Assembly: GCA_963779685.1 (NCBI GenBank)
Contig: CAVZZG010000003.1
Location: 1,095,382 to 1,159,381 of the forward strand
Direction of reading: 5' to 3'
Source: an uncultured Actinomycetes bacterium
GTDB lineage: Bacteria > Actinomycetota > Thermoleophilia > Gaiellales > F1-60-MAGs149
Length of the DNA stretch: 64,000 bases
Below the pieces are notes generated by a model. It was given only the letters and a program-made list of their open reading frames with translations, did not search any database and was not told the origin of the DNA. The translations under genes were made by a program, and so were the position numbers. Shown here piece after piece: positions 41,828-52,413 of this stretch (position 1 is its first letter; each line of letters begins with the position of its first letter).

Positions 41828-43182
41828 TGGCCACCACCGCCCGCCTCACCAACGACGAGCTCCGGCAACTCGAGAAGGCGCACGTCTTCCACTCCTGGAG
41901 CGCGCAGGGGCAGATCAACCCGCTGCCCGTCGAGCGCGCCGAGGGCGTCTACATGTGGGATCACGACGGCAAGCGCTACCTCGACTTCTCGTCGCAGCTC
42001 GTGAACGCGAACATCGGCCACCAGCACCCGAAGGTGGTGGCCGCGATCAAGGAGCAGGCCGATCTGCTCTGCACCGTCGCGCCCCAGCACGCCAACGCGA
42101 AGCGCGCCGAGCTCGGGGCGCTGGTGGCCGAGCTGGCACCGGGTGACATCGACATGGCGTTCTTCACGAACGGCGGTGCCGAGGCCACCGAGAACGCCAT
42201 GCGCATGGCCCGCATCTACACCGGCCGTCACAAGATGCTCGCGACCTACCGCTCCTACCACGGCGCCACCGGCGGCTCGATCGTCATGACCGGCGACCCG
42301 CGCCGCTGGGCGGCAGAGCCGGGCATGGCGGGCGTCGTGCACTTCTGCGGGCCCTACCTGTACCGCTCGTCCTTCCAGGCGACCACCGAGCAGGAGGAGT
42401 GCGAGCGCGCACTCGCCCATCTCGAGGAGATCCTGATGTACGAGGGCGCGCACACCGTGGCGGGCATCATCCTCGAGTCGATCGTGGGCACGAACGGCAT
42501 CCTCGTGCCGCCGGACGGCTACCTGCAGGGCGTCCGCGAGCTCTGCACGCGGCACGGCATCGTCATGATCTGCGACGAGGTGATGGCGGGCTTCGGACGC
42601 GCCGGCGCCTGGTTCGCGTGCGACCTCTGGGACGTCGAGCCCGACCTGATCACCTGCGCCAAGGGGATCAACTCCGGCTACGTACCGCTCGGCGCCCTGC
42701 TGATCTCGCGGCGCATCGCCGACACCTTCATGGACCGGGCGTACATGGGCGGCCTCACCTACTCGGGCCATCCGCTGGCGTGCGCCGCCGCGGTCGCCTC
42801 GATCGAGGCCTTCAAGGAGGAGGGCATCGTCGAGAACGCCCGCATGATCGGCGAGGACGTCCTCGGCCCGGGCCTGCGCGCCCTCCAGGAGCGCCATCCC
42901 TCGATCGGCGAGGTGCGCGGCCGCGGCTGCTTCTTCGGCGTCGAACTGGTCAAGAACCGCGAGACGCGGGAGATGCTCGCGCCGTTCAACGCGTCCGGTG
43001 CCCAGTTGGGCGCCGTCGGCACGCTCCAGAAGCGCTGCTGGGAGCTCGGCCTCGCGACCATGATGCACTGGAACGTGATCATGGTGGTGCCGCCGCTCGT
43101 GATCTCGCCGGAGGAGGTCCGCGCCGGCCTGGATCTGCTCGACGCAGCGCTCGAGGTTGCCGACGCCGCCTACGAGGGCTGA
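41827..43182 (+). CDS. class III aminotransferase (beta-alanine/taurine:pyruvate-like)
   Basis: HVFHSWSAQ, SYHG, DEVMAGFGR, AKGINSGY. Confidence 0.9.
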   Translation: MATTARLTNDELRQLEKAHVFHSWSAQGQINPLPVERAEGVYMWDHDGKRYLDFSSQLVNANIGHQHPKVVAAIKEQADLLCTVAPQHANAKRAELGALVAELAPGDIDMAFFTNGGAEATENAMRMARIYTGRHKMLATYRSYHGATGGSIVMTGDPRRWAAEPGMAGVVHFCGPYLYRSSFQATTEQEECERALAHLEEILMYEGAHTVAGIILESIVGTNGILVPPDGYLQGVRELCTRHGIVMICDEVMAGFGRAGAWFACDLWDVEPDLITCAKGINSGYVPLGALLISRRIADTFMDRAYMGGLTYSGHPLACAAAVASIEAFKEEGIVENARMIGEDVLGPGLRALQERHPSIGEVRGRGCFFGVELVKNRETREMLAPFNASGAQLGAVGTLQKRCWELGLATMMHWNVIMVVPPLVISPEEVRAGLDLLDAALEVADAAYEG

Positions 43183-43188
43183 CGCCGG

Positions 43189-43806
43189 GTGCAGGTCCTC
43201 GTCCCGGTCAAGGGTCTCGACACCTGCAAGCAGCGCCTGGCCGAGGTGCTCGATCCCGGCCAGCGCCGGTCGCTGATGCTCGGGCTGCTGGAGGACGTGA
43301 TCGAGCAGGCCTTTGCCGCCGAGACGGTGTCGGGCGTGAGTTGCGTGACGACCGACGAGGACGCCGCCGAGGTCGCCGTCCACCTCGGTGCGCGCGTGAT
43401 CTCGGACGGCGGCCTGGCCTGGAACGAAGGCCTGCGCCACGCCCTGCGCCAGATCGCGCCCCGCCCGGCGGCGGTGGCGTTCATCTCGGCCGACCTGCCG
43501 CACCTGTCGCCGGGCGACATCGACGCCCTCGCCGAGGCCCTCTCCGTTCGCGCCGTCGTCATCGGCCGCGCCCGTGACGGCGGCACCAACGCGCTCGCGC
43601 TGCAGCCACCGCACGCCATCATGCCCGCGTTCGGCCGGCGGGCGAGCGCCGCCGTGCACGCGCGGCTCGCCGAGGCCGCCGGGATTCCCCCGATCGTGAT
43701 CGACCGGCCCGGCCTGGCCTGGGATCTCGACACGCCCGACGACCTCGAGCACGCCATGACCGTCGGCACCGGCGGCCGTGATCGGGCCTGGCGGACGTCG
43801 TTGTGA
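43189..43806 (+). CDS. cofC: 2-phospho-L-lactate/PEP guanylyltransferase
   Basis: VPVK...KQRL, ADLP, DGGTNAL, DLDTPDDL. Confidence 0.88.
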   Translation: MQVLVPVKGLDTCKQRLAEVLDPGQRRSLMLGLLEDVIEQAFAAETVSGVSCVTTDEDAAEVAVHLGARVISDGGLAWNEGLRHALRQIAPRPAAVAFISADLPHLSPGDIDALAEALSVRAVVIGRARDGGTNALALQPPHAIMPAFGRRASAAVHARLAEAAGIPPIVIDRPGLAWDLDTPDDLEHAMTVGTGGRDRAWRTSL

Positions 43807-45017
43807 GCTCGTCGCGGGTCGTCGCCGACCTCCGCCGGCTGGCGGAGATCACCGGCGGCCCGGACGGGGCTCGCCGCGTGGCCTGGACGCCGGAATGGGC
43901 CGCGGCGCGCACGCTGCTGCACGAGCTGCTGGCCGAGCTGCCGGTGCAGGTCGAGGTCGATGAGGCCGGCAACCTGTGGGCCTACCTGCGGGGTGCATCG
44001 CCCGAGACCGTGGTGGTGGGCTCCCACCTCGACTCGGTCGCCGAAGGCGGATGGCTGGACGGCGCGCTGGGTGTGATGGGCGGGCTCGAGGTGCTGCGCC
44101 GCGCCGCGGCCGCCGGTACGCCGCCCCGCACGGTGGCCCTGGTCGACTTCGCCGACGAGGAGGGGCAGCGATTCTCGCGCAGCCTGGTCGGATCCTCCGC
44201 CGTGTCGGGTGCGTTCGACCCGCAGGCGTTCGCCGAGCTCCGCGACGCCTCCGGCGAGCGCGCCGAAGACGTCCTACGCGACTGCGGGATCGAGGTCGCC
44301 CGCATGCTCGATGCCCGCAACCGGCTCGCCCACGCCGTCGCCTACTTCGAGCTGCACATCGAGCAGGGGCCTCGCCTGGAGCGCGAGGGCCTGGCCGCCG
44401 CGGCCGTCAGCGGCTGCGTCGGCGTCGTCCGCCAGCGGGCGACGTTCACGGGCCGGGGCGCGCAGGCCGGATCACCCATGGACGGCCGCCACGACGCGCT
44501 GGTGGCGGCCGCCCGCACGACCGTCGCGCTGCAGGAGATCGCGCGCCGCTACCGAGGCAGCGGCACCGCCTCCACGATCGCGACCCGCCCCGGCAGCCCG
44601 GCCGCGGTGCCGTTCCACGCCGCTGCGGTGCTCGACGCCCGGCACGAGGACGCCGGGCGGCTGGCGGCGATGCAGAACGAGCTCGAGAGCGCCGCCCGCG
44701 AGGCTGCCGAGACCGAGGGCTGCGAGGTGGCGTTCGAGCCGATCTGGCGGATCGCGCCCACCCATTTCGACGCCGGGTTGGTGGAGATCGCGCGCGAGGC
44801 GGTCACCGCGACGACCGGGGTCGAGCGCACGCTGGTCAGCGGCGCCCTGCACGACGCCGCGGAGATGCAGAAGCGGATCCCCGCGGCCATGCTGTTCGTG
44901 CCGTCGCGCGATGGCGTTACCCACGCGCCCGACGAGGACACGGCGCCCGAGCACATCGATCTCGGCGTCGAGGCGCTGGTGCGGGCCGTGACCCGCGCCG
45001 GCGAGCTACCGGGGTAG
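43803..45017 (+). CDS. M20 Zn-dependent N-carbamoyl-amino acid amidohydrolase
   Basis: GSHLDSV, DGALG, DEEG.RF, ELHIEQG, SGALHDA. Confidence 0.88.
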   Translation: MSSSRVVADLRRLAEITGGPDGARRVAWTPEWAAARTLLHELLAELPVQVEVDEAGNLWAYLRGASPETVVVGSHLDSVAEGGWLDGALGVMGGLEVLRRAAAAGTPPRTVALVDFADEEGQRFSRSLVGSSAVSGAFDPQAFAELRDASGERAEDVLRDCGIEVARMLDARNRLAHAVAYFELHIEQGPRLEREGLAAAAVSGCVGVVRQRATFTGRGAQAGSPMDGRHDALVAAARTTVALQEIARRYRGSGTASTIATRPGSPAAVPFHAAAVLDARHEDAGRLAAMQNELESAAREAAETEGCEVAFEPIWRIAPTHFDAGLVEIAREAVTATTGVERTLVSGALHDAAEMQKRIPAAMLFVPSRDGVTHAPDEDTAPEHIDLGVEALVRAVTRAGELPG

Positions 45018-45028
45018 CAGGGCCAGCC

Positions 45029-45397
45029 TCAGGCGGTCGCCTGGAGACCGCTGTCGGGTGGGATCACCGCGCCCGGCTTGACCGCGTGGTGCGGCTTCTT
45101 GACGTAGCGGCGGTCGTGGAGATCGGCCATTTGCCGCCGTATCCGGTCGGCGAGACCGTCGATTGCCGCGTACATGTCGGCGTCGGCGTTGCGGGCGCGC
45201 AGTGTCTGCCCCCGCGTCACCACCGTCGCCTCTGCCACCTGGGCGGCGGAGATCCGTGGGTTCCGCTCGATCGCGAGTTCCACGTCGATCACGCAGTCCC
45301 GGGTGAACAGGCGCGCCAGTCGCTCGAACCGCTTGTCGACGTACCCTCTGAGCGGGTCGGTGACGGGCAGGTTTCGACCTCGAACCTTGACCTGCAT
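45029..45397 (-). CDS. hpf: ribosome hibernation promoting factor
   Basis: GRNLPVTDPLRGYV, DMYAAID; follows comF. Confidence 0.88.
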   Translation of the reverse strand: MQVKVRGRNLPVTDPLRGYVDKRFERLARLFTRDCVIDVELAIERNPRISAAQVAEATVVTRGQTLRARNADADMYAAIDGLADRIRRQMADLHDRRYVKKPHHAVKPGAVIPPDSGLQATA

Positions 45398-45428
45398 TCG
45401 AGTTTCCCTTCCGCGAGTTTCTGCCTCC

Positions 45429-46142
45429 TCATCGTACCGCAGACGGTGCCGGTGTCCGGGCAAACGTGACGACATCGACACATCTCGCGCCGGCGCCTCG
45501 CAGGATGCGAGCGCAGGCGTCCGCGGTCGCGCCGGTGGTGTACACGTCGTCCACCAGCACGACCCGGCGGGGGCAGGGCCCGGCGGCGGCGAACGAGGCT
45601 CGGGCGTTCCGCCGGCGCTCACGGCGATCGAGGCCACGCTGGGGCCGACGGCCCGTGCGGCGCAGCACGTCGGCCACCGCGACGCCCCACTCCTCGGCCA
45701 GTAGTGAAGCGAGCGCCGCCGGCGGGTCGACGCCTCGCCAGCGGGCCCGGTCGCGATCGGACGGCACCGCCACGATCGCGTCGGCGGCCGGTGCCGCGAT
45801 CACCTCGCAGACGACGCGTGCCGCAGTCTCCGCGAGCCGGCGCAGACCGCGGTCCTTCCAGCACGCGACGATCCGCGCCGCGCGCGCGTCGAGCTCGACG
45901 GCGGCACTCGCCGACCGGAACGCCAGGCGCCGCCCGGCACACTCGCGGCAGTCCGCGACCTGGAGCACCGTGGGCCGGCCACAGCGCGCGCAGCGACGGT
46001 CGCCGATCCGCAGCAGCCGGCCGCTGCACGCAGGGCACACGAGCGGGCCGGGGGCGCGGCAGGACACGCATCTGCTGGGGGCGAGGAGATCGGCGAGGTC
46101 GATGATGGATGGTTGCCGCCGCCCCGCGGCCGGCGCTGCCAC
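45429..46142 (-). CDS. comF: ComF family protein (start uncertain)
   Basis: Double Zn ribbon, LVDDVYTTGAT. Confidence 0.85.
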   Translation of the reverse strand: MAAPAAGRRQPSIIDLADLLAPSRCVSCRAPGPLVCPACSGRLLRIGDRRCARCGRPTVLQVADCRECAGRRLAFRSASAAVELDARAARIVACWKDRGLRRLAETAARVVCEVIAAPAADAIVAVPSDRDRARWRGVDPPAALASLLAEEWGVAVADVLRRTGRRPQRGLDRRERRRNARASFAAAGPCPRRVVLVDDVYTTGATADACARILRGAGARCVDVVTFARTPAPSAVR

Positions 46143-46215
46143 GGGATGTCACGATCGAGTGGCGGTTTCGCCCCGAATGCAGGCACAACGCCGACGAAGG
46201 TGGCATAGTGGCCCG

Positions 46216-47118
46216 ATGGTGACCCGGAGCCATTCCGCGGGTCGGGCTTTCGGACGCGCCCCGCGTGCCCTGAGGATCGGCGCGTACGTGATCGCGGCCC
46301 TTGCGGTGGTCGCGGCGTTCGTGCTGCTGCGTCCGGGGTCGCACTCCAGCTCGCCGCCTGCCGCCTCCGGGCCCGTGACGCCCACGCTGACCCACCTGAC
46401 GCCGCCCGGTGCGCCGCCGATCAAGAGCACGACGGTGCGCCGCTGGGTGGTTGGGCCGGCGGCCCTGGCCTCGGTCCCGGTCACCTCCGCCGTCGCCAAG
46501 GCCGGCACGGGACGGGCCGAGGTCGCCCTCACCTTCGACGACGGCCCCTCCATCTACACGGCCGCGGTGCTGCGCGCCCTGCGCGCGCGTGGCGCCCGGG
46601 CGACGTTCTTCGTGATCGGCCGCCAGGTTGCCGGCAACGAAGCCCTCCTGCGCCGCATGGTCGACGAGGGCGACGAGATCGGCGACCACACCTGGTCGCA
46701 CTCACCGCTCACCGCCATCGACCGCAGCGCGGCCAAGTCGGAGATCGCCGGTGCGGCGGAGGCGATCGTCTCGGCATCCGGCTCGCCACCGGCCGTCTTG
46801 CGGCCGCCCTACGGCGTCATGCAACCTGGCACCAACCGGCTGGTGCGCGAACTCGGTCTCGTACCGATCGTCTGGTCGGTGGACACGCGCGACTACCGCA
46901 ACCCCACCGCGCGCCAGATCGTGCGGGCCGTGCTCTCGCACGCCACGCGCGGGTCGATCATCCTCCTGCACGATGGTGGCGGCGACCGCACCGCCACCAT
47001 CGAGGCGCTGCCGCGCATCCTCGTCGGACTCCGCCACCTCGGGCTCCGGCCCGTCACCGTGACGCAGCTCCTCAACGACGCACCGCCCACACCCGGTGGG
47101 CTCGTCGAGAAGGAGTAG
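46216..47118 (+). CDS. polysaccharide deacetylase
   Basis: LTFDDGP, HTWSH, RPPYG, LLHDGG. Confidence 0.9.
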   Translation: MVTRSHSAGRAFGRAPRALRIGAYVIAALAVVAAFVLLRPGSHSSSPPAASGPVTPTLTHLTPPGAPPIKSTTVRRWVVGPAALASVPVTSAVAKAGTGRAEVALTFDDGPSIYTAAVLRALRARGARATFFVIGRQVAGNEALLRRMVDEGDEIGDHTWSHSPLTAIDRSAAKSEIAGAAEAIVSASGSPPAVLRPPYGVMQPGTNRLVRELGLVPIVWSVDTRDYRNPTARQIVRAVLSHATRGSIILLHDGGGDRTATIEALPRILVGLRHLGLRPVTVTQLLNDAPPTPGGLVEKE

Positions 47119-47136
47119 GCCGGGCCGCCGCGCCGG

Positions 47137-48710
47137 CTACGCCGCGTCGCGCAGCTCTTGGCTGCCGCCGTCGAGCATCGTGACGACGGCTTCGACGACG
47201 GCGGGGTCGAAGTGGGTGCCGGCCGAGCGGCGGAGCTCCTCGCACGTCGCGTCATGGTCGAGCGCCGCCTGGTAGTGGCGGCCGGCGCGGATGGCGGAGT
47301 AGGCGTCGGCGACGGCGACGATGCGCGCGTCGATCGGGATGTCCTCGCCGGCCAGGGCGTCGGGGTAGCCGGTGCCGTCCCACCGCTCGTGATGGTGGCG
47401 GACGGCGTCGCGGGCGATCCGCAGCGACGACATGCTCGACACGATGTCCGCGCCGAGCTGGACGTGGGATCGCAGCAAGGCGCGATCCTCGTCGTCGGTG
47501 ACGCGCCCCTGGAGCACGCGGTCGGGGACGCCGAGCTTGCCGACGTCGTGGAGCCAGCCGCCGAGACGACACCGCATGACGACCGCGTCGCCGAGGTCGA
47601 GGCTCGCCGCGATGTCGGCCGCCATCTCGGCGACCTCCTCGCAGTGGCGCTCCGGCGAGGCCTCCCGCACCGAGGTGGCGAGCGCCAGGCCACGGGCGAG
47701 CGTGATCGCCTCCGGCTCCTCCGCCACGAGCTCCTGCTCGGTCAGCGAGGAGAACGTCCGCAGCTGGTTGCGTCCGCCGCGCTTGGCGGCGTAGAGGCCG
47801 GTGTCGGCCTGATCGAGCAGCTCCTCGAACGTCGACGCGGGCGTCCAGAGGGCGGCGCCTGCGGACGCCGTGACGTCGAGGTCGGCGCCGTCGGGAAGCG
47901 GGATCGGACGTGCCGAGATGGCGCAGCGGACGCGCTCGCCGATCCGCTGGAGCTGCTCCTCGTCGACGACGCCGCGCACCAGCAGCGCGAACTCCTCGCC
48001 GCCGAAGCGCGCCACGACATCGGACTCGCGGACGGCTGCGGAGAGGCGGGCGGCGACCTCGATCAACACGGCGTCGCCGGCCGGGTGGCCGTAGGTGTCG
48101 TTGATGCTCTTGAACTTGTCGATGTCGAGGATGACGAAGCCGATGCCTCCGCTGACGACCGCCGGCCTGCTCGAGCGTGTGCGTGACGCACTCCATGAAG
48201 TAGCGGCGGTTGAACGCGCCTGTGAGGGCGTCGGTGCGGGACTTCAGCTGGGCCTCGCTGATGAGCAGCTCGTTCTCGACCTGGAGGTTCTGCGCCTCCG
48301 TGAGCGCGGCGAGCAGCTCGTCGTGGGCGCGCTCGGCGCTGCCCGCGTCCTTGAGGATGCCCTCGATGACCATGCTGTCGGCGTCCGGGGCTGCAGACGC
48401 CGTGCAGGGTGATGAGGTGCGGGTAGCCGTCCGGCATCATCGCGCGCACCGTCTCCCTGACCTCGGGGACGCCGGACAGGGCGGCGCTCAGCCAGTCCTC
48501 GAGCAGGCGCAGGTCCTCCTCGAAGATCCGGGTGCGCAGCGCCGCGATCGGATCGGCTTCCTCGACGCCGAGGAACGAACCGATCGGGCGGCTCTCGAAG
48601 GCGACCGTGCACCGGCCGGCGGCGTTGAAGTGCCATGCGAACAGGTAGTCGTCGACCGCCGAGACGATCGACACCAGGGTTCGCAGCAGCTGCTCGGTGC
48701 GGTCGGGCAT
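47137..48710 (-). CDS. GGDEF plus HD-GYP c-di-GMP enzyme (frameshifts near 48390 and 48155)
   Basis: DALTG, DIDKFKSINDTYGH, GGEEF, LHDVGK, HHERWDGTGYP. Confidence 0.85.
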
Positions 48711-48757
48711 CGTGTGTGTGCATCGGCACGCCCTCCCGTTTCCTGAATACTTGGCGC

Positions 48758-49840
48758 GTGCACACCTTCTGGCATCCCCACGCGCTCCTTCACGACACCG
48801 GCTCCGGTCTGTTCGACACGCCGGACCCCGGCTTCCTCGAGGTGCCCGAGCTCCACGCCGAGAATGCCGAGCGCGTCCGCAACATGCACGGCGCGCTGCG
48901 GTCGCTGGGCGACGTCCTGACCTGGCGGGACGGGCGCCATGCCAGCGAGGACGAGCTCGCCTGGCTCCACGATCGCGACTACATCGCGCAGGTGCGCGAT
49001 GCCTGCGGGACGTTCACGCGCGTCACCAAGACGACGGTGCTCGGCCCCGGCTCGTGGGAGGCGGTGCGGGCCGCGGCGGGCACGTCGATCGCCGCTACCG
49101 ACGCGGTGGTCGGCGGCGAGACCGCCCGCGCCTACGCCCTTGTGCGGCCGCCCGGGCACCACGCCGGCCGTCGCACCGCAGACGGCTACTGCTTCTTCAA
49201 CAACACCGCGCTCGCGGCCGAGTCGGCCCGCAGGGCGGGCGTCGACCGGGTCGCGATCATCGACTGGGACACGCACCACGGCAACGGCACGCAGTCGCTG
49301 TTCTACGACCGCGCCGACGTGCTGACGGTGTCGTTCCACATGCGGCACGGCTCGTGGGGGCCGAGCCATCCGGAGACGGGGGCGCCGGACGAGGCCGGCG
49401 AGGGCGCCGGCGAAGGGCACAACGTCAACGTCGAGCTGCCGCTCGGCAGCGGCGACTCCCACTATCTCGAGGCGTTCGACCGCATCGTGGCGCCGATCGT
49501 GACGGCGTTCCGGCCCGGCCTGGTCGTGATCGCGAGCGGGCAGGACGCGAACCAGTTCGATCCCAACGGGCGTCAGTCCGTGACGATGGCGGGATTCCGT
49601 GCGCTCGGGCAGCGCGCGCGGGGACTGGCGGACGCCCTCTGCGACGGCCGGCTGGTGCTGGTGCAGGAGGGTGGCTATGCCCGCACGTACTCGGCCGCGT
49701 GCCTGCTGGCGACGGTGGAGGGCGTGCTCGGCCTGCCGGCGTCGCGCGACCCGCTAGCGTTCCTGCCCGAGGATCCGGATCATGCGCGGGCTGCAATCGA
49801 GCGGATCATCGCCGTGCAGTCCCGCTACTGGGAGGTGTAG
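48758..49840 (+). CDS. histone deacetylase family amidohydrolase
   Basis: RPPGHHA, GYCFFNN, DWDTHHGNGTQ, QEGGY. Confidence 0.92.
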   Translation: MHTFWHPHALLHDTGSGLFDTPDPGFLEVPELHAENAERVRNMHGALRSLGDVLTWRDGRHASEDELAWLHDRDYIAQVRDACGTFTRVTKTTVLGPGSWEAVRAAAGTSIAATDAVVGGETARAYALVRPPGHHAGRRTADGYCFFNNTALAAESARRAGVDRVAIIDWDTHHGNGTQSLFYDRADVLTVSFHMRHGSWGPSHPETGAPDEAGEGAGEGHNVNVELPLGSGDSHYLEAFDRIVAPIVTAFRPGLVVIASGQDANQFDPNGRQSVTMAGFRALGQRARGLADALCDGRLVLVQEGGYARTYSAACLLATVEGVLGLPASRDPLAFLPEDPDHARAAIERIIAVQSRYWEV

Positions 49841-49843
49841 GCG

Positions 49844-51151
49844 TTGGAGACCATCGCTGAAGCGGTCGCCGCGGCCGAGGCTCGCTACGTCGGTCGCAAC
49901 CCCGAGTCGGAGCGCCTTCACGAGCTGCGAGCGCGCTCGATGCCGGGCGGCAACACGCGCACGGTCATCCACCTGCCGCCGTTTCCCCTGACCATCGCGA
50001 AGGGCGAGGGGGCGACGCTGACCGACGTCGACGATCACACCTACGTCGACTTCCTCGGCGAGTACACCGCGGGGCTCTACGGGCATTCCAACCCGGTGAT
50101 CATGGCGGCGGTGCGCGAGGCGCTGGCGGACGGGATCGTGCTCGGCGCGCCGAACACCTACGAGGCGGAGCTGGCCTCGGTGGTGTGCGACCGGTTCCCG
50201 TCGATCGAGCTCGTGCGCTTCTGCAACTCCGGCACCGAGGCGAACCTGCTGGCCCTGTCGCTGGCGCGGGCCGCGACCGGCCGCGAGGCCATCATGGTCT
50301 TCGAGGGCGGCTATCACGGCGGCGTCTTCTTCTTCGCCACCGCAGAGGGCTCGCCGATCAACGTGCCGTTCCCGTACGTGATCGGGCAGTACAACGACGC
50401 CGAGGGCGCTGCCCGGCTCATCGCCGAGCATGCGCACCGCCTGGCGGCGGTGATCGTCGAGCCGCTCCAGGGCAGCGCCGGGTGCATCCCGGCCGACCCC
50501 GCCTTCCTGCAGACCCTGCGCGACGCCACCCGCGCCCACGACGTGCTGCTGGTGTTCGACGAGGTGATGACCTCGCGCCTCTCGCACGGCGGGTTGCAGC
50601 TCGCGCTCGGCATCACGCCGGACCTCACGTCGCTGGGCAAGTACATCGGCGGCGGGCTGACGTTCGGCGCCTTCGGCGGCCGCGCCGACCTGATGGGGCG
50701 CTTCGATCCGTCCCGGCCGGACGCCCTCCCCCATGCCGGCACGTTCAACAACAACGTGCTGACCATGTCTGCTGGCCTCGCCGGGCTGACGCAGGTCTAC
50801 ACCGCCCAGGCGGCGGCCGATCTGAATGCCTCCGGCGATCGTCTCCGTGAGCGGCTCAACGCCACCGCCGACGCCGCCGACGTGCCCTTCCAGGCCACCG
50901 GCCGCGGCTCGATGCTCGGCCTGCACTTCGGCCGCGACCCGATCCGCCGCGCCAGCGACGCCACCTCTCCCAACGACCTGCGCTCGCTGCTGCACCTCGA
51001 CATGCTGGACTCGGGCTTCTCCTACGCCCGCCGCGGCTTCATCAGCCTCTGCCTCCCCCTCACCGCGGCCGACCACGATGCCTTCGTGGCCGCCTTCGAT
51101 CGCTTCTGCACGGCCCGCGGCGACCTGGTTCGCGCCACGCTCGCGGCGTGA
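49844..51151 (+). CDS. class III aminotransferase (GSA aminomutase-like)
   Basis: PGGNTR, NSGTEA, FDEVMT, GKYIGGG, HAGTFNNN. Confidence 0.88.
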   Translation: METIAEAVAAAEARYVGRNPESERLHELRARSMPGGNTRTVIHLPPFPLTIAKGEGATLTDVDDHTYVDFLGEYTAGLYGHSNPVIMAAVREALADGIVLGAPNTYEAELASVVCDRFPSIELVRFCNSGTEANLLALSLARAATGREAIMVFEGGYHGGVFFFATAEGSPINVPFPYVIGQYNDAEGAARLIAEHAHRLAAVIVEPLQGSAGCIPADPAFLQTLRDATRAHDVLLVFDEVMTSRLSHGGLQLALGITPDLTSLGKYIGGGLTFGAFGGRADLMGRFDPSRPDALPHAGTFNNNVLTMSAGLAGLTQVYTAQAAADLNASGDRLRERLNATADAADVPFQATGRGSMLGLHFGRDPIRRASDATSPNDLRSLLHLDMLDSGFSYARRGFISLCLPLTAADHDAFVAAFDRFCTARGDLVRATLAA

Positions 51152-51187
51152 TGCGGAGTTTCGCGGCACGGCACGCAACGCCGCACG
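51152..51187. repeat. inverted partial copy of the 52.1-kb repeat
   Basis: TGCGGAGTTTCGCGGCACGGCACGCAACGCCGCACG is the reverse complement of the unit's 3' half with one extra base. Confidence 0.75.
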
Positions 51188-51218
51188 TGACGAAGCGCGC
51201 GCGCCGCGCGCGCACGGC

Positions 51219-52037
51219 TCAGATGGACGACGAGACCCAGTCGAAGCCCAGGACGTCGGCCAGGTACCGCTCGTAGGCCGCGGTGCCCGACCGGCCGACC
51301 GCGATCATCCGCTCGGCGTCCTCGCCGACCCTCACGTGCAGCGGCCCGCGATCCGCCGCCAGCCAGTCGACGATCGCCGTAGCCACCGCCTCGGGTGCGA
51401 TCGCGACGGGCGACATCCGCGGGTAGACCTCGGCCGCGCTCCGGCGGAGTGCCGCGTACGGCCCGGCGTCGTCAAGGCCCTCCGCCGGAACCATGTTCGC
51501 CGAGAAGTCGCTATCCGTGAGCCCCGGCTGCACGCTCGCGACGCGGATGCCGAACCGCCCGACCTCCAGCTCGAGCGTCCAGGTCAACCCTTCGACCGCG
51601 AACTTGCTGGCCCGGTAGGCGCCGATGTTCGGGAACGGCACCTGGCCACCGAACGATGAGACGTTGACGATCGCCCCACCGCCCCGCGCCCGCAGCGGCC
51701 CGAGCGCGAGCCGGCACAGGCGCCACACGGCGAAGACGTTGACCTCGAACTGCCGCCGCAGCTCGTCGTCGCCCACCTCCTCGACTGCACCCTCGAGGCC
51801 GTAGCCGGCGTTGTTGACGAGAATGTCGACGCCGTCTCCAACCGCGGCGGCGCACGAGCCCGCGTCGCAGACATCGAGCGCGACCGGCACGATCGCCGGA
51901 TGGAGCCCAGCCAGGCGGTCAGGCGTCCGCGAGCCGGCCCGGACGCACGCGCCGGCGCTCGCGAGGCCCAGGGCCGTCGCACGGCCAATGCCGGTCGACG
52001 CCCCGGTGACGAGACAGGTGGCGCCCTCGAGGTTCAC
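51219..52037 (-). CDS. SDR family oxidoreductase
   Basis: TGASTGIG, NNAG, YRASK. Confidence 0.92.
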   Translation of the reverse strand: MNLEGATCLVTGASTGIGRATALGLASAGACVRAGSRTPDRLAGLHPAIVPVALDVCDAGSCAAAVGDGVDILVNNAGYGLEGAVEEVGDDELRRQFEVNVFAVWRLCRLALGPLRARGGGAIVNVSSFGGQVPFPNIGAYRASKFAVEGLTWTLELEVGRFGIRVASVQPGLTDSDFSANMVPAEGLDDAGPYAALRRSAAEVYPRMSPVAIAPEAVATAIVDWLAADRGPLHVRVGEDAERMIAVGRSGTAAYERYLADVLGFDWVSSSI

Positions 52038-52075
52038 AGCTCGGGCGAGTCTACCGCGGCCCCGGTGCCTCGCGA

Positions 52076-52238
52076 CGACCGCGCGGATCGTGACTGCCGC
52101 CGCGCGGAACGCGCCGTGCGGCGTTGCGTGCCGTGCCGCGAAATCCGCAGCCGGGTGCGCGCTCGACCGCGCGGATCGTCACGGCCGCCGCGCGGAACGC
52201 GCCGTGCGGCGTTGCGTGCCGTGCCGCGAAATCCGCAG
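52076..52238. repeat. two direct 75-bp repeats (88-bp period)
   Basis: 52076-52150 and 52164-52238 differ at 2 positions. Confidence 0.85.
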
Positions 52239-52245
52239 ACCGAGC

Positions 52246-52413
52246 TCAGACGGGGTCGGGCACCTCTTCGGCGACGGCGAGGATGATGTCCTCGAGTTCG
52301 AAGCTCGCGTGCGCGTCGCGGACGTGGGCGTTGACCGCCTCCACCAGCCCCTCCTCGTCAGGACCCTCGATGACGGCGTCGCAGCCGGCCTCGAGGCAGC
52401 GCCAGCGCAGCAT
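52246..52413 (-). CDS. small metal-binding protein (DUF1059-like)
   Basis: C...GC...H...H pattern; coupled to the upstream gene. Confidence 0.6.
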   Translation of the reverse strand: MLRWRCLEAGCDAVIEGPDEEGLVEAVNAHVRDAHASFELEDIILAVAEEVPDPV

